Under the pieces are notes generated by a model. That model saw nothing but the letters and a program-made list of their open reading frames with translations, searched no databases and had not been told where the DNA came from. Below, piece by piece: positions 13,141 through 26,312 of a stretch of 64,000 bases of DNA. The translations under genes were made by a program, and so were the position numbers. How positions within the stretch are numbered: position 1 is the first letter of the stretch; each line of letters starts with the position of its first letter. The stretch lies in assembly GCF_004010195.1 (NCBI RefSeq), contig NC_057747.1, positions 27,564,727 to 27,628,726 on the forward strand, read 5' to 3'. This DNA is from Chiloscyllium plagiosum (taxonomy: Eukaryota).

Positions 13141-14180
13141 CTCTGACCTAACTAAAAAATACTGCAATGACATACTATCCAAACAACTTAGCATGTGTTA
13201 TAAATAAATTATCTTCCCTTTACTGGGCCACTGAGAAGGAGTGGAAAAGTTGAAGCTTCCAAACACAGTCAGTTAACATAAAGATCAAGAAAGCACCAGG
13301 TTCAACTTTCAGCCTTGGTTAAGTCAACTGAGCATTGTAATCAGGCTTAATACCCAGCCTAAAGAAGAAGTGGAAATAGGTCAACCAGCCAATATACCTA
13401 ACACCCATTCAGGACTCTCACTACTGGTGGAGTCTTCAACTGTTTGCAGAGGCTGAACAATAATCAGGCTTATTAGAAATTTTAATTAACTTGAAAAAAG
13501 TATACAGCTTGCATTGCTGAAAATTTATGAAAACTTTGAGTGCGATTAAAACAGTATAACCTGACACTTTTCCCAAATGAAATAATTGAAAACTTTCCTA
13601 CTTACAAAGATGCAAAATAATTTTAGCTGACTAAATATTGAAATTGACAAACTGTATGCTACAATTTATGTATTTGTAAGTATGAGTGGCTATCTCCACC
13701 TCATACCGCCCTAGCTTAGTGACAGAAGGTCAAAACAAATCATTATAATATACCCTGGCAGTCTCAGAACCTTTGTTTGGTGGTAATCCAAACCTTGTAT
13801 TATCAAGTCCAAACACCCAATAATGTCACTGTATTTCACTTGTATGATAAATTTATTTCCAAAAAATATGCACAATTGTTTACAATTTTCATTATAAAAC
13901 AATTAATATCTATGCTGCACAGTTTCTGCTGAGCCGGTTACTGAGATCAATAAAAGATCATTACTCATTGTGATATACACAAGCACGTTTAAATGCAACA
14001 AACACAGTTGTCACATATTTTAAACAGAGTCTTTCCATTTTCCAATTAACTATTGCCAATGATCGATTCCGAGTCAGTAGCAATTATATGCTCAGCATCA
14101 CTGCAATATACGCTAAACATTAACTTGAAGATTCATCTTCTCCTCTTCCTCCCACACGACAATATGTGCAATTTGCTGTA

Positions 14181-14375
14181 CAGGTATCTCCAATTTTTGA
14201 ACGTTCGCTCTACGCAAATTCGCTTTTACGAAAGACCTACATAGTAACTGTTTTCACGAATACGAAAATCTGAGGTACTTTTTCGTATTTAAATAATGTA
14301 CCTCCACTTATGCCATTTCCGGCTTATGAAAGGTTTCCTGGGAATGCTCTAGTTTTGGATAGTGGGGGCTACCTG
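14181..14375. mobile_element. Tc1/mariner-superfamily (Tigger/pogo-like) MITE
   Basis: TA|CAGGTATCTCC ... GGGGGCTACCTG|TA: imperfect TIRs with TA flanks on both sides, plus internal TACGAA repeats. Confidence 0.7.
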
Positions 14376-14579
14376 TATGGATTTTTGGAACGTATTCTGG
14401 TAGGTGAACAAACACTTTGGATCTGATTCACTAAGTAGGACACAAATAATACGAAATTATGATACGAAAGTCGGAATGGAGGATAGTGGTCTCGTGTAGG
14501 TTAGGTGGGCTTGGATCGGCGCAACATCGAGGGCCAAAGGGCCTGTACTGCGCTGTATTCTTCTATGTTCTATGTTCTA

Positions 14580-16430
14580 ATCTTCAGGAAACGTTAAGGG
14601 GACACAGGATCAACCACGGAGGAGGAACTGAAGGAAATTCTTATTAGTCAGAGTTACAAATCACACAACACCAGGTTATAGTCCAACAGGTTTAATTGGA
14701 AGCACTAGCTTTTGGAGTGCTGCTCCGTGTACTCCACAACCACCTGATGAAGCAGCAGCACTCCGAAAGCTAGTGCTTCCAATTAAACCTGTTGGACTAT
14801 AAGCTGTGTTGTGTGATTTTTAACTTTGTACACCCAATCCAACACTGGCATCTCCAAATCCTTATTAGTCAGGAAATTGTATTGGGGAAATTGATTGGAC
14901 TAAACCCTGATTAAGTCCCCAAGACCTGATGCTCTGCATCCCAGAGTACTTAAGGAAGTGGCCCTAGAAATAGTGGACACATTGATGATCATTTTCCAGT
15001 ATTGTATAGACTATGGAAGAGTTCCAATGGACTGCAGGGTAGCTAACATAACCCTACATTTTGGAAAAAGGGGGAGAGAAAACAAGGAATTATAGGCCAG
15101 TTAACCTGACATCGGTGGTGGGGAAAATGCTGGATGTAATAATTGAGCATTAGGAAAGCGGTGACAGGATCAGTCCAAGTCAGGATGCATTCACCAAAGG
15201 GAAATCATGCTTGACAAAAATTCTAGAATTTCTTTTGAGGATGTGACCAGTAGAGTGGACGAGGGTGAATATTGTGTATCTGGACTTTCAAAAGACTTTT
15301 GACAAAGCCCCACATAAGAGATGAGTAAGTAAAATTAACGGTCAAGGTATCAAAGGTAAATGCATTGACAAGGATAGAGAACTGGATCAGTGGTGCTGGA
15401 AGAGCACAGCAATTCAGGCAGCATCAATGGTTGGCAGACAGGAAATAGAGTGTTAGAATAAATGGGTTCTTTTCAGAGTGGCAGGCAATATCGATTGGGA
15501 TACCAGAGAGTTAAGTGGTAGGACCCGAGCTGTTCACAACATACATTAACAATTTGGATGAAGGAATTAAATGCAATATTGCCAAATGTGTATACAACAC
15601 TAAGCTGGGTGGCACTTTGTGCTGGGAGGAGAATGTTAAGAGGCTGTAATGCGACTTGGACAGGCTGGGCAAGTGGGCAAATACAATATAATGTAGATCA
15701 ATGAGGTTATCCATTTTGACAGAAAACAGGTAGGCAGATTATTATCTAAATGGTGGCAGTTTAGGAAAGGGTGAGGTGCAACAAGACCTGGTGTCATGGT
15801 GGAACTGTCGCTGAAGGCTGGCATGCAGGTGCAGCAGGCAGTGAGGTAAGCTAATGGCATGCTTCCCTTCATAGCGAGAGGATTTGAGTATAGTTTTGAC
15901 TCTCAGTCTGAGAAAGGACATTGTTGTTATTGACAGAATCCAGCAAAGATTCATCTGACTGATCCCTGGATGGCAGGCCTGACATATGAAGAAAGACTGG
16001 ATCAACTAGGCTTGTACTCATTGGAATTTAGAAGAATAGGGGGCAGATCTCATAGAACCGTACAAAATCCTGATGGGACTGGACAGGCTAGGTGTGGGAA
16101 GAATGTTTGGAATGCTGGGGAAGTCCAGAACTAGGGGTCATAGTCTAAGTATAAGGAGTAAGCCATTCAGAACTGAGATGAGGAAGAATTCTTTATTCAG
16201 AAAGTTGTGAAGCTGTGAAATTCTCTACCATAGAAAGCTGTTGGGGGTACTTTGTTAGATATATTCAAGGCTGAGCTTGACATGGCCCTTGTGGCTAAAG
16301 GTATCAAGAGGTATGGAGAGAAAGCGGGAGTGGGAAACTAAATTTGCATTGTCAGTCATGATCTATTGAAAGGTGGTGCAGGCTTAAAGGGCTGAATTGG
16401 CTACTCCTGCATCTATTTTCTATGTTTCTA
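14580..16430 (+). mobile_element. CR1-type LINE, 5'-truncated, decayed RT and 3' UTR
   Basis: Recognisable LHPRVLKEVALEI, NYRPVNLTSVVGKML, GKSCLT, YLDFQKTFDK motifs with stops and frameshifts; (TTCTATGT) tail. Confidence 0.85.
14652..14860. mobile_element. Palindromic PLE-terminus insertion with hammerhead-like core (family B)
   Basis: About 70-bp inverted arms; CAC-CTGATGA-a-gcagcagcactcc-GAAA-GCTA-GTG; 12-bp TSD CTTATTAGTCAG at 14640-14651 and 14861-14872, interrupting the CR1 above. Confidence 0.85.
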
Positions 16431-18216
16431 TAACATTTAACTAACTTAACGCCCAGAGGTCTGATCAACCAATATTACCATCTCAAACTATGCAGCAAAT
16501 GTAGAAATGGCTACAAATTTTAGTGGTTTAACCTTAAAATATTCTCAGAGCTGCTGTTCATCAAATAGGTTGCCTTTCCCATCTTTAAGCAACCCTCAAA
16601 AAATGAATTGTCTTTAGCACAGTCAGGATTAACAGGCAGAATATATAGGTATCTACTAATCAGCATGTCAAGTTTTATCAATTTAAAACTAAATGGAGCA
16701 AATGAAATTTCAAGAAACATCAGAAAAACATTAATTATGCCATAAGCTTGAAAAAAAAATACAATTAATGTTTGTGACAGGGAAAACTTCAGCCATGTCA
16801 ATGAAATGACCCTCCTTTTAAGCTTTATTGCTTCAGCACAGTGTCTTGTTGCTGGGGGACAGCAGCTTTACCAAAAACAGTATCGAAAAGCTGATCAACT
16901 GAAGTGAGACCAATTGTGTGCTTACATTTGACATAACATGGAAGCAGACCCTTTACAAAGACTTCAATGTACTTTAGAACAGTAGGCCAGCCAGGTGAAG
17001 CTCAAGCAATAGTTTCCAAATGTAAGTTGCAATAAATGCATCCTGTGTGTGTCTGGACATTTAGTTGTTTTAGGGAGGCATCAGAATGTACAGGAAAGGG
17101 ATATCGGGAAGGAGAAAGGAGGAAATCAGATTCATTCATATTTATGCACCACTTACAAGTACATTTTAAAACATGACTTGCAAAATTATTACAGAAAGAT
17201 GACATTCCATTTCAAAAATAAAGTGAATACACTTCTGTTTTAAATAAAGATCAGTTGATTTGAATTAGCCAGATTATCCAGAGACAAGCAAAACTGTACA
17301 GATGGATGAAACAAATGATATAAACAGTCCAAGCATTTGGAATTAATATTACAAAACCACTTCAGTGAATTGAATAAGATTAAGAGTAGGTCACATTTAT
17401 TTTATCACCACTGTCATTCTTTGGTCCAGCCAGGAGACAGAAATAGTTTATTGCTACTGAATCCATTGCATTTAACAATGAACTGTAGTCACTGAGTCTC
17501 CATTACATTAATAGACCATCTTCCAAAGGATATAAAAATTACCTTAAAGTATTTTTAGCACAAAGGAGTATCAACAAACCATTAAATGGAACTGAACAGG
17601 TTTCAAAGTGGTATATTACTGTTGCAAAAATACTGCAGTGGAGGAAAGAAACATATAATCAAGTCCAAGACACTCTTGAAAATGATTAAGCTGCACTCAA
17701 ACAATATACAAATATCCAGGACATATTTTTATTTTCTGTTCAGCTTTGTCTTTCATTGCCCCCCACCCCCCCAACAATTTTAGAAAACAGTTTTTCTGTC
17801 ACCTTTCCCTTAGAACTTGTAAGTAAACTCTGAAATAAAATACATGTTGCTAGTTGGTCTGCAAGCAGTTTGTAGACACTGAAGAACTGCTGCATGGATA
17901 TTCCAGGCCAGAAATGCAGTATTCTGATCACTGCCTTGTGCAGATCTTCCACAACCAATGGGTAAGGACTGAGCAGCCAAATATCAAGAGACAATTTTCA
18001 AACAATTGTATACAAGCAAACATGCACCTGCGCAGTGATCAGAATGTTGTCATGGTGCTATTCAAACTACAACCCTTCACATGACAAATATCACTGTATT
18101 AGAAAATTACTCTGCATTCATCCCTTAAGGTAAGAAGTGACTACATTCAAGTGAATTGATTCCTTTGCATTTAAATGGCCTAAGATACTAAGAAAACAGT
18201 GTGAATAGACACATAC

Positions 18217-18322
18217 TGGACAGTTCCTAAGATCACCCATTGTGCTTGCATTCTGCAGAAGCTCCCCAAACATGTCAGGCGTTGGTTTCTCACGTCTTTC
18301 CATCATACGTATTGCTTGATTA
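18217..18322 (-). CDS. USP54: USP54 coding exon 6 ([35 protein letters not shown])
   Basis: 106 nt, phase 2-0 (completes the TG|T Cys codon); acceptor tttgtatag|, donor CCA|gtatgt. Confidence 0.95.
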
Positions 18323-21300
18323 CTATACAAAAGGGACAAAACAGAAAGAAATTGGTTCCCATGAAAAGCAACAAAGCCCATCTCTGCAGGGCACCCATGG
18401 CATAGAGACTGACAAGTTAATCAGTATTTCCCTTAAATTGAAAAGATTGCTGCCTTGTCATGTAGGACTTTTCCATGTTATTCAAATTTAATCAAGTGCT
18501 AAACAACGTGATATGCAAAATAATTATGCACAACTCATCTTGACCATAATTAAGGTAGACTGCCATCTCATCCCAAAGGCATTTTCTTACAGTGCTTCAA
18601 ATCTTTGTTTGAAAGCATTAACACTCCTTTTCCCACTATGCTTGCACATTATGCATTATGTAAATGTTACATCTTGATTCAAACTGCAGGTCATGCTTTG
18701 TATTTCTCTAAAAGACTTCTGATTTGAAGAGTTTATCCCTGATCAGCTTTTCCCCTAATGGATGTTACAAACAAAACCATCCTTGTCTAAAAGAAAAAAA
18801 AGTCACATTTAAAATGCCTTTACACAGTTGGGTGGAGAATGACAGTTACAGTGTTGTATGACTTAAACATCTTTCTGGAGAATAATAAAGTATGCAGTAA
18901 ATGTTATAATAAAGCGATGTAATCAGAAATGACCAGCTTGCATGCTGTTTTATTTCAACGCTGCTCAAACTGGATAACAAACTAATGTGAACGTCACAGA
19001 ACTACTTCTGCTAGAAGGGGCTCTGCTAACTCAGTTTTTTATGTGCATGCCTTATTTCCATGCCACTTTAACCACTTGTTTACATTTGTTTTGATGTCAA
19101 CATGCTTAGCTTCAAATGTAGTTGATGATTCTTGTGCAAAGAAACAGGGTTATCCAGTTTGGCCCTAAACTGTATGTTTAATTTATACTATTTCCTCTCA
19201 TTCTTGATCCACCGATCATTGAAAATTGTCTGTCTATTTCTTTGCACTATTCCTTTGTAATATTAAGCATTTAAAATTATCCTATAATCTCTGCTCAAAC
19301 AAAGGTAGCTTCAATTTTGCAGGTCTTTCCTCCTATTTGTGTGGATACGAGACAGCACAGTGCCCTTGTGAACCTACATTGCACACACTCTATTGCTTCA
19401 ATCTCCTTTATGTGATGTGGCATCCAAATTGGCAGACAGTACTCACAAATGGCAGTCTCACATTACATTGTCACCGTTCTTGATCAGACAGTCAAATTTA
19501 TATTAAAATCCAGATGAGGACCAGTAATGTTTTAAAAAAACTTGATAAAGAGAGAGCTTCAGGGCACTCAATGAAACCAAAAGATTCCAAAGCTATGAAC
19601 AATAATAAACATCACTACACCAAGACAGAATAGTAACATAACCTGCAATACATGTCTCATGTATTTCCAATATCTAGAATTAACCTGAAGTAAATATGGA
19701 TAACAGGCAAACTGTGTTTAAATATCTTAAAGCGTAAAAAAAAAGCAAATGCAGTCAAGACTGACCCCACAGATTTCTCAGCAATATCCAAGTGTCATTG
19801 ACACTGTGGGTCATCAAATCACATTAAATTTTACAAGGGTGCCCTACCACAAAATCCACAAAAATCACTTCATGGACTGCCTCAATGATAGTTCATGTTC
19901 TAGCAGCTCACTCTCCCAACCACAAGTATGCTCCTTTAGATTCTGGAAAATATTCACCCGTACTACCGATGGAAATAATTTCAACTTGCCCACAGATAGT
20001 TAGCTTCACTAAACTGGTACTGCCCCTGCATTCTTCAGAGTTCTAATCTTGCACAAAGCAAATACTGTGGAATTTCTCGATCTTCTCTCTTAGCCGCACT
20101 GGATTCTGAATGGCACAAAACTTCTTCTGAGCCATCTCACAGGTTACAGGAGTTCTGTCAAGCCCTAACCCCAACAATGAGCTGCACCTCCTAACTCCCT
20201 AGACCTCGGAGTCTGAATTCTAATGGTTAGCAGCATCATTTTGGGACAGAGCCTCTTCCCTCTGCTCCTCAAGAACTGACAAGTGTTCAGCCTGAAGCAA
20301 CAGCCTTCACCTCTGACTGCCTCCAGCCATCTGACTAAACGTACAGTTCAGTAACCCTTGAACTGTTTGGAGTGACTGACTAAAAATCTTGCAATATTCC
20401 CTGCCGTCACTTCTAGGCAGCATTGAATATAACTAATATATGGAATGTTCAAATGTAGCAGCCCCTTGGAACGTTCTGTTCTCTGAATGTTACTATTTTC
20501 AGATTGTTTGTTTACATCGTACAAATTGTATAGAAGAATAGGTTCTCATCACAACATCTTGCCTTGTGTATTCAATATTTCTGACCTCTAACTTTTGTTT
20601 TAAAATGGCTTTATCCATCTGAAGTGGTGTTTTAAATTTCTATACAACCTAAAATGACAAATTCCTCTGCTCTTGAATATTATCCAACTTTTTCCTCTTC
20701 CAATTGTAGATTGACTTAAATCAATATGTACTATTCTCACATTTATTGGCATATTCCATAATTTATAAATACCCTTTTGCAGTTTCATTTGGATCTCAAA
20801 ATGATTATTCAAGTTTATTCTTGTGTAACACAAGTTTGGGCAGCACTTACTCTAGCCATATATCTAGATTATTGACTTAATCAATGAACAGAAGGGGTAC
20901 ACCACCATACGTGCTGTTCTTAATATTGGTCTTTAGTTTTCTGCCTATCCAGATTTTAACCTAATTGCAAAACTCTTCACCCACCAACCTTTTCCAAATG
21001 TCTGAAAATCTGTCACTTCCTCAAGTAATGTGATCAGGCTTGTCAAGTATGATCTTTCATCAGAACTTTGTACCAACTAGAAGGGCAGCAGACATGTGAA
21101 CACCACCACCACCTGCATGTTCCACTCCGATCGAATCATCCTAACTTGGAAATAGAATTGCTAATCCTTCAGTGTCAATGGGTAAAATCCTGGAAATCCC
21201 TCCCTAACAACATTGCGGGTCTATCTATACTAAAAAAGTGGACTGCAGCAGTTCAAAAAGGAACCTTACCAGCACCACCACTTTTTCTAAGGCAACTAGG

Positions 21301-22233
21301 GTTGTACAATAAATGCCAGCTCTACCACCAAAACCCACATCCCATCAAGGAATTTTAAAAAAGGGCCCATCTAATCTGATAGATTGTTGATCAGGAAAAG
21401 GAGATTGCAATCTATCTCACTAACTTTATGTTCCATTACCCCTTAGGAGGCTTAACTTTATAAAAGTTCCCCTGTTCCAATTTGATGCACTTGCACCTGC
21501 ATTACTTCTTTTTTTTGTCGTCTGGTGTTTAAATGCATCATATTGCGGTCAACTGACGGTTCACCTACTTTGAAATAACTCACTTGACTTATCTGTTGCT
21601 AACAATAAGATCAGGAATTTCTTTTCCTCTGCAGCAAGCAGTTGTAGTACTTAATGAAGATGCCCCCACACTCTTTTTGGCAATCCATTTGTCTTTGCTC
21701 CATTCCCTCCCTTGGGAGATTACATCAAATTTAGAAAACACCAATATTTTACTTAACACAGCTAGAGTAAAATGCAAGCTGCGACATAACACATGAATTA
21801 ATAGGAGTGATGGTGTCAGCATTTTAAAGCCTGCCAGAACACACATTTATTTTAATATGTATAATTATACAACATTTTTCTTCATCAGCAAGAAGGTTCC
21901 TCTGGTAAATATGCACTCTGAAGCATTTATTATAAGTTCTCTAATATAGTCTTATCCAAGAGAAGCAGACTAAACTACAGTATATTTAAAAGCATATTGT
22001 TTTCCCAATGCCATATACAAATTTTTTTGAAGTCCACGTTTGTGGTTTCAGTACTTCACATTGTGCAATTTTAAAAAAAGCCTAATTTGCCTCTTTGTCA
22101 ACAGGAAACACTACACTCTGTACAGGGAGCCTTTTCACCGTTCATTTTATTCCACTTCTCTTATAATCTTCTTGCATCAGAAGTTGCTGTGAGAGCTCAA
22201 GTTGAGCACAATTATTTTTAAGCAATGACTTAC

Positions 22234-22316
22234 CACAATGCAGTTGTAGAAATATAGTTTACCATCTGGATAAAAGGCAGTGGATCAGATGTTGCGCCGC
22301 ATCTAGTACAAACACA
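22234..22316 (-). CDS. USP54: USP54 coding exon 5 ([28 protein letters not shown])
   Basis: 83 nt, phase 0-2; acceptor ctttctttcag|, donor TG|gtaagt; CxxC of the USP fingers subdomain. Confidence 0.95.
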
Positions 22317-22419
22317 CTGAAAGAAAGGATTATTCTGTACAGTCCATCAAAAAGGACAAACTTACTATGAAGTATCCAAGCTACTTGTTCAACTTTCACA
22401 CATAACTACATGAAATATA

Positions 22420-22650
22420 AAGTAGACAAGCACGAGGCTGGAAGAACACAGCAAGCCAGGCAGCATCAGAACGTGGAGAAGTCAACATTTCCGGTATTAC
22501 CTTTCAGAACATGCCTCTTACTGAGAAGAACGTAACACTTTGACTCTTCAAGTGTCATACTGGACTCAAAACATTAACTATTCTCTCTCACCAGATGCTG
22601 AGTCTTTCTAGTACATTCTGTTTGTATTTCAGATCCAGAATCCACAGTAA
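22420..22650. mobile_element. Two decayed PLE-terminus repeats, head to head
   Basis: gctggaagaacacagcaagccaggcagcatc on the left; ggactcaaaacattaact...cagatgctg on the right. Confidence 0.55.
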
Positions 22651-24696
22651 TTGGCTCAAACTTGCTGAATATTGGATAAGATTAACAAGTTTTTAAAAAA
22701 CTGGTCAGTCTTTAATGGAGACAACTAATTCCAATACTAATCAAAAGAGAAAGCTTCCAATTTGATTTTATACATAACGGATATCACCATGTACATTCAC
22801 GCAGAGACAACTGTGATCGGATGTGGTCAAGAAAATCAACGTATATTGTGGGAGTTTAGACGTGAGGGTCTGGCAATCTGAAAAGTTTGGTGGAAATCCT
22901 GCCATACTCTAACATAGTGCATATACATTTGAAGGAGAGAAAGGAAAGATTTGAGCTAATTACACCATCTTGGGATGAGGTACAGCTTTTCAACTCAACA
23001 CTTTTGACTGAGATGTCCTCCATGGGTACTTTTATATTAATTGTCCCACTCTATCCTGTGACAGTCTACTAATTCATGAAGGGGGAAGGATGGATTTCAG
23101 ATATGATACACAAGCTTAAATCGTGATTTAACTTTTTGCTTACCTTTGCGGTTTAAATTATGGTACTTAGTATCAAGCTTTACTTAGTTTTTACTCAGTT
23201 TTAAAAGATTAGCTCAAGCTTCACAGAATCAATGTCAGGATCCAGCTTGTAATGGCAAGGCTTGGCTTCATTTTTAGCTTAAACTCAAATGGTCAACAAT
23301 GAACTTTTTATGAGATCTGTTCCATTCATGAAACTGCTTATCATATTTTGGTACAGGATGAACATTCAGGATCTAACCTTTAATTAAGACTCTTCTCCCA
23401 CATTTCAGCCATGGATTACCGTGTCCAAACAGATATCCTGTCAAATTGCACTAATGTTGTTCTGCTCAGGAAAGCTCTCCCCACCAGAGAAAAATGTAAA
23501 CATGAGCCTAATGTGTGGTCCTTGGCATTTGAACTGAGGTGAAGTACACTTTTTCTTAATTCTCAAATATGAGCCATTACTTACAAGAAATTATTGTCCA
23601 CTCCCAGAGCAAAAGGCCACATTCCTGAATCACTGTAGCACAGTGTTTTTGATACAATTGAATGGCTTCACTCAGTTATATTGGAGGCCAGTTGAAAATC
23701 AACAACACTTATGTAGAATGGAGCCACATATAATCCAGACTGGCTAAAGTTGTTAAGGCAAACAAAGGACTTCACATGTCAGACCACGAGACATTTCCAC
23801 TGATAAATAATAACTGAAGTGTGAGATGTAAGCTCAAAATTAAAGTTAAATCATTCAGTGTGATGTCAGAAAGCACTTCTCGACAGAAGGGGAAGTGGAA
23901 CTCCCTCTCAGTAAACTGCTAAGGGAAAAATTAAAACATTGAAAACTATGATATAAGTATGTGAGGTATTTACTGAGGAATATGAATGAAAACTGGCTAT
24001 ATGCAGTTGGCACACAGATGAGCGAAACTGCAGTTGAATGGTGGAACAAGCACAAGTAGACAATGACCTACTTCTGTTCTTGAAAACAAATTAGGGATTA
24101 CAAAACAATTGCAGAGGCCAATCTTTCAAGTTGCAATCAGGGTATGACTTAGAAAGGGCTGACAGATATTTGTACTTCACTTATGGACAGGTTCTGGAAA
24201 TTCTTCTTGCCACAAAGCACATGCAGACACAGGGATTTTTTCCATTCATTAGAATATTTTCAAAAGTTAGTTGGTAAACTGTCTGTTCTGGCTTCATTCA
24301 ATTTTTTTTATACAAACCACATGTAGCATACTCAATATTGGAGTAGCACTCAAAAGATTTAAATCCTACCTCAAATATAATTAATTATGTTTTTTGCACT
24401 ATGGCAATGTGGTATTTTTAGGTGACATCTGAAATTTATTAACTTGCATTTTACACAGCAATGACTTCACACCATTACAAATTCATTGAACTATTTATTA
24501 ATGATTATACGTCTTTTGGAAAAAAAAGATCAAGGATTGGAAGAATCAAAAGGGATAATATAATCTCAAATTTCAGCTTAAATATGTTTGTTTGAGCTAC
24601 ACTTAAATTTAAAATGTAATTAATGCAAAAATAAATCATGGTAGTAAATTTTTTAAAAATGTGTCCTTATTACCAACAATGAGAACCTCCTCCTAC

Positions 24697-24810
24697 CTGT
24701 TCAAATAAAGTCATTGCAAATTTCTGATGAGGAATGCAATGTTTTGCTGTGCAAATGTCCTCTTTTGTTTCATCAGCAATGTGGAAGTGTATTCGCATAA
24801 GGATATTTTC
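24697..24810 (-). CDS. USP54: USP54 coding exon 4 ([38 protein letters not shown])
   Basis: 114 nt, phase 0-0; acceptor ttttcacag|, donor CAG|gtagga; lies within track ORF 24670..24855. Confidence 0.95.
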
Positions 24811-25301
24811 CTGTGAAAAAATTTGAAGTTCCATAATACATTTAGTTTTTCCCATAATTGAAAACCATTCACTCAGCAGTAAAGTTCACCACATTAACTC
24901 TCAATAGCCACATCTCAAACCAAAGCAAACCAGTAATCATAATTTTATATTTTATTATGGGATACATCAGTGACGTGAAAAAGGTTAGCCACAAGACACA
25001 CGGGGCCAGTGAGAATGCAGATGTAGCTAATCACAGTAAATAATATGCACAATACAACTAAAAAACAGACTAATGGGGACGGACCATTGTTGGCAATGTT
25101 ACCTCAGTGCTTATATTAGCACGTTACAGGTGATTCACATCAAGTGAAACAACAATCATTAAAAATAGAACACCCAACTGTTGGACAAAAACTGAGAAGC
25201 TGCACTAAGATGCTCCGTGTCGACAAAAACTTGCCCAAGTTTAAAATACAATATTTCAGATCGTTGTTGTGGTTCTGTTCGCCGAGCTGGGAATTTGTGT
25301 T

Positions 25302-25341
25302 GCAGATGTTTCGTCCCCTGTCTAGGTGACATCCTCAGTGC
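25302..25341 (-). ncRNA. Second copy of the family-C hammerhead motif, on the USP54 sense strand
   Basis: Reverse complement reads GCA-CUGAGGA-UGUCACCUAGACAGGGGAC-GAAA-CAUC-UGC (one G>A change breaks the ACGU palindrome). Confidence 0.6.
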
Positions 25342-25548
25342 TTGGGAGCCTCCTGTGAAGCGCTTCTGTGATCTTTCCTCCGGCATTTTAGTGGTTTGAA
25401 TCTGCCGCTTTCGGTTGTCAGTTCCAGCTCTCCGTTGCAATGGTCAGTATATTGGGTCCGGTCGATGTGCTTATTGATTGAATCTGTGGATGAGTGCCAT
25501 GCCTCTCGGAATTCCCTTGTTGTTCTCTGTTTGGCTTGTCCTATAATA

Positions 25549-25686
25549 GGAGAAAGTGAGGTCTGCAGATGCTGGACATCAGAGCTGAAAATGTGTTGCT
25601 GGAAAAGCGCAGCAGGTCAGGCAGCATCCAGGGAACAGGAGAATCGACGTTTCGGGCATAAGGGCTTATGCCCGAAACGTCGATTC
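25549..25686. mobile_element. Family-A palindromic PLE-terminus insertion nested in the family-C element; runs into the gap
   Basis: Near-identical to 31562-31788 and 48010-48172; perfect 22-bp arms at 25641-25662 and 25665-25686 around a GG spacer. Confidence 0.85.
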
Positions 25687-26107
25687 NNNNNNNNNNNNNN
25701 NNNNNNNNNNNNNNNNNNNNNNNNNNNNNNNNNNNNNNNNNNNNNNNNNNNNNNNNNNNNNNNNNNNNNNNNNNNNNNNNNNNNNNNNNNNNNNNNNNNN
25801 NNNNNNNNNNNNNNNNNNNNNNNNNNNNNNNNNNNNNNNNNNNNNNNNNNNNNNNNNNNNNNNNNNNNNNNNNNNNNNNNNNNNNNNNNNNNNNNNNNNN
25901 NNNNNNNNNNNNNNNNNNNNNNNNNNNNNNNNNNNNNNNNNNNNNNNNNNNNNNNNNNNNNNNNNNNNNNNNNNNNNNNNNNNNNNNNNNNNNNNNNNNN
26001 NNNNNNNNNNNNNNNNNNNNNNNNNNNNNNNNNNNNNNNNNNNNNNNNNNNNNNNNNNNNNNNNNNNNNNNNNNNNNNNNNNNNNNNNNNNNNNNNNNNN
26101 NNNNNNN
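25687..26107. other. Assembly gap (421 N)
   Basis: Run of n characters. Confidence 1.
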
Positions 26108-26272
26108 TCATGTTGCTTGTCATCTGTGTGTGTGGCTACTAAGGATAGCTGGTTGTGTTGTTTCGTGGCTAGTTGGTGTGGCTAGCTGGAACTGACAACC
26201 GGAAGCGGTAGATTCAAACCACTACAAATGCCGGAGGAAAGGTCACAGAAGCGCTTCACAGGAGGCTCCCAA

Positions 26273-26312
26273 GCACTGAGGATGTCACCTAGACAGGGGA
26301 CGAAACGTCTGC
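26273..26312 (+). ncRNA. Minimal type-I hammerhead ribozyme motif
   Basis: GCA-CUGAGGA-U-[GUC a CCU agac AGG g GAC]-GAAA-CGUC^-UGC: core CUGANGA/GAAA/UH present, helix I GCA/UGC, helix II pairs, palindromic ACGU in place of helix III. Confidence 0.75.

Noticed and set aside
21582-21762. Possible extra USP54 cassette exon (minus-strand ttttactctag acceptor and CAA|gtgagt donor)
   Set aside because: Exons 5 and 6 already join in phase with an uninterrupted USP54 sequence, and there is no homology support; such site pairs occur by chance.
25396-26195. Long ORFs of 248, 168 and 175 aa in the track
   Set aside because: They are open only because they run through the 421-N gap.
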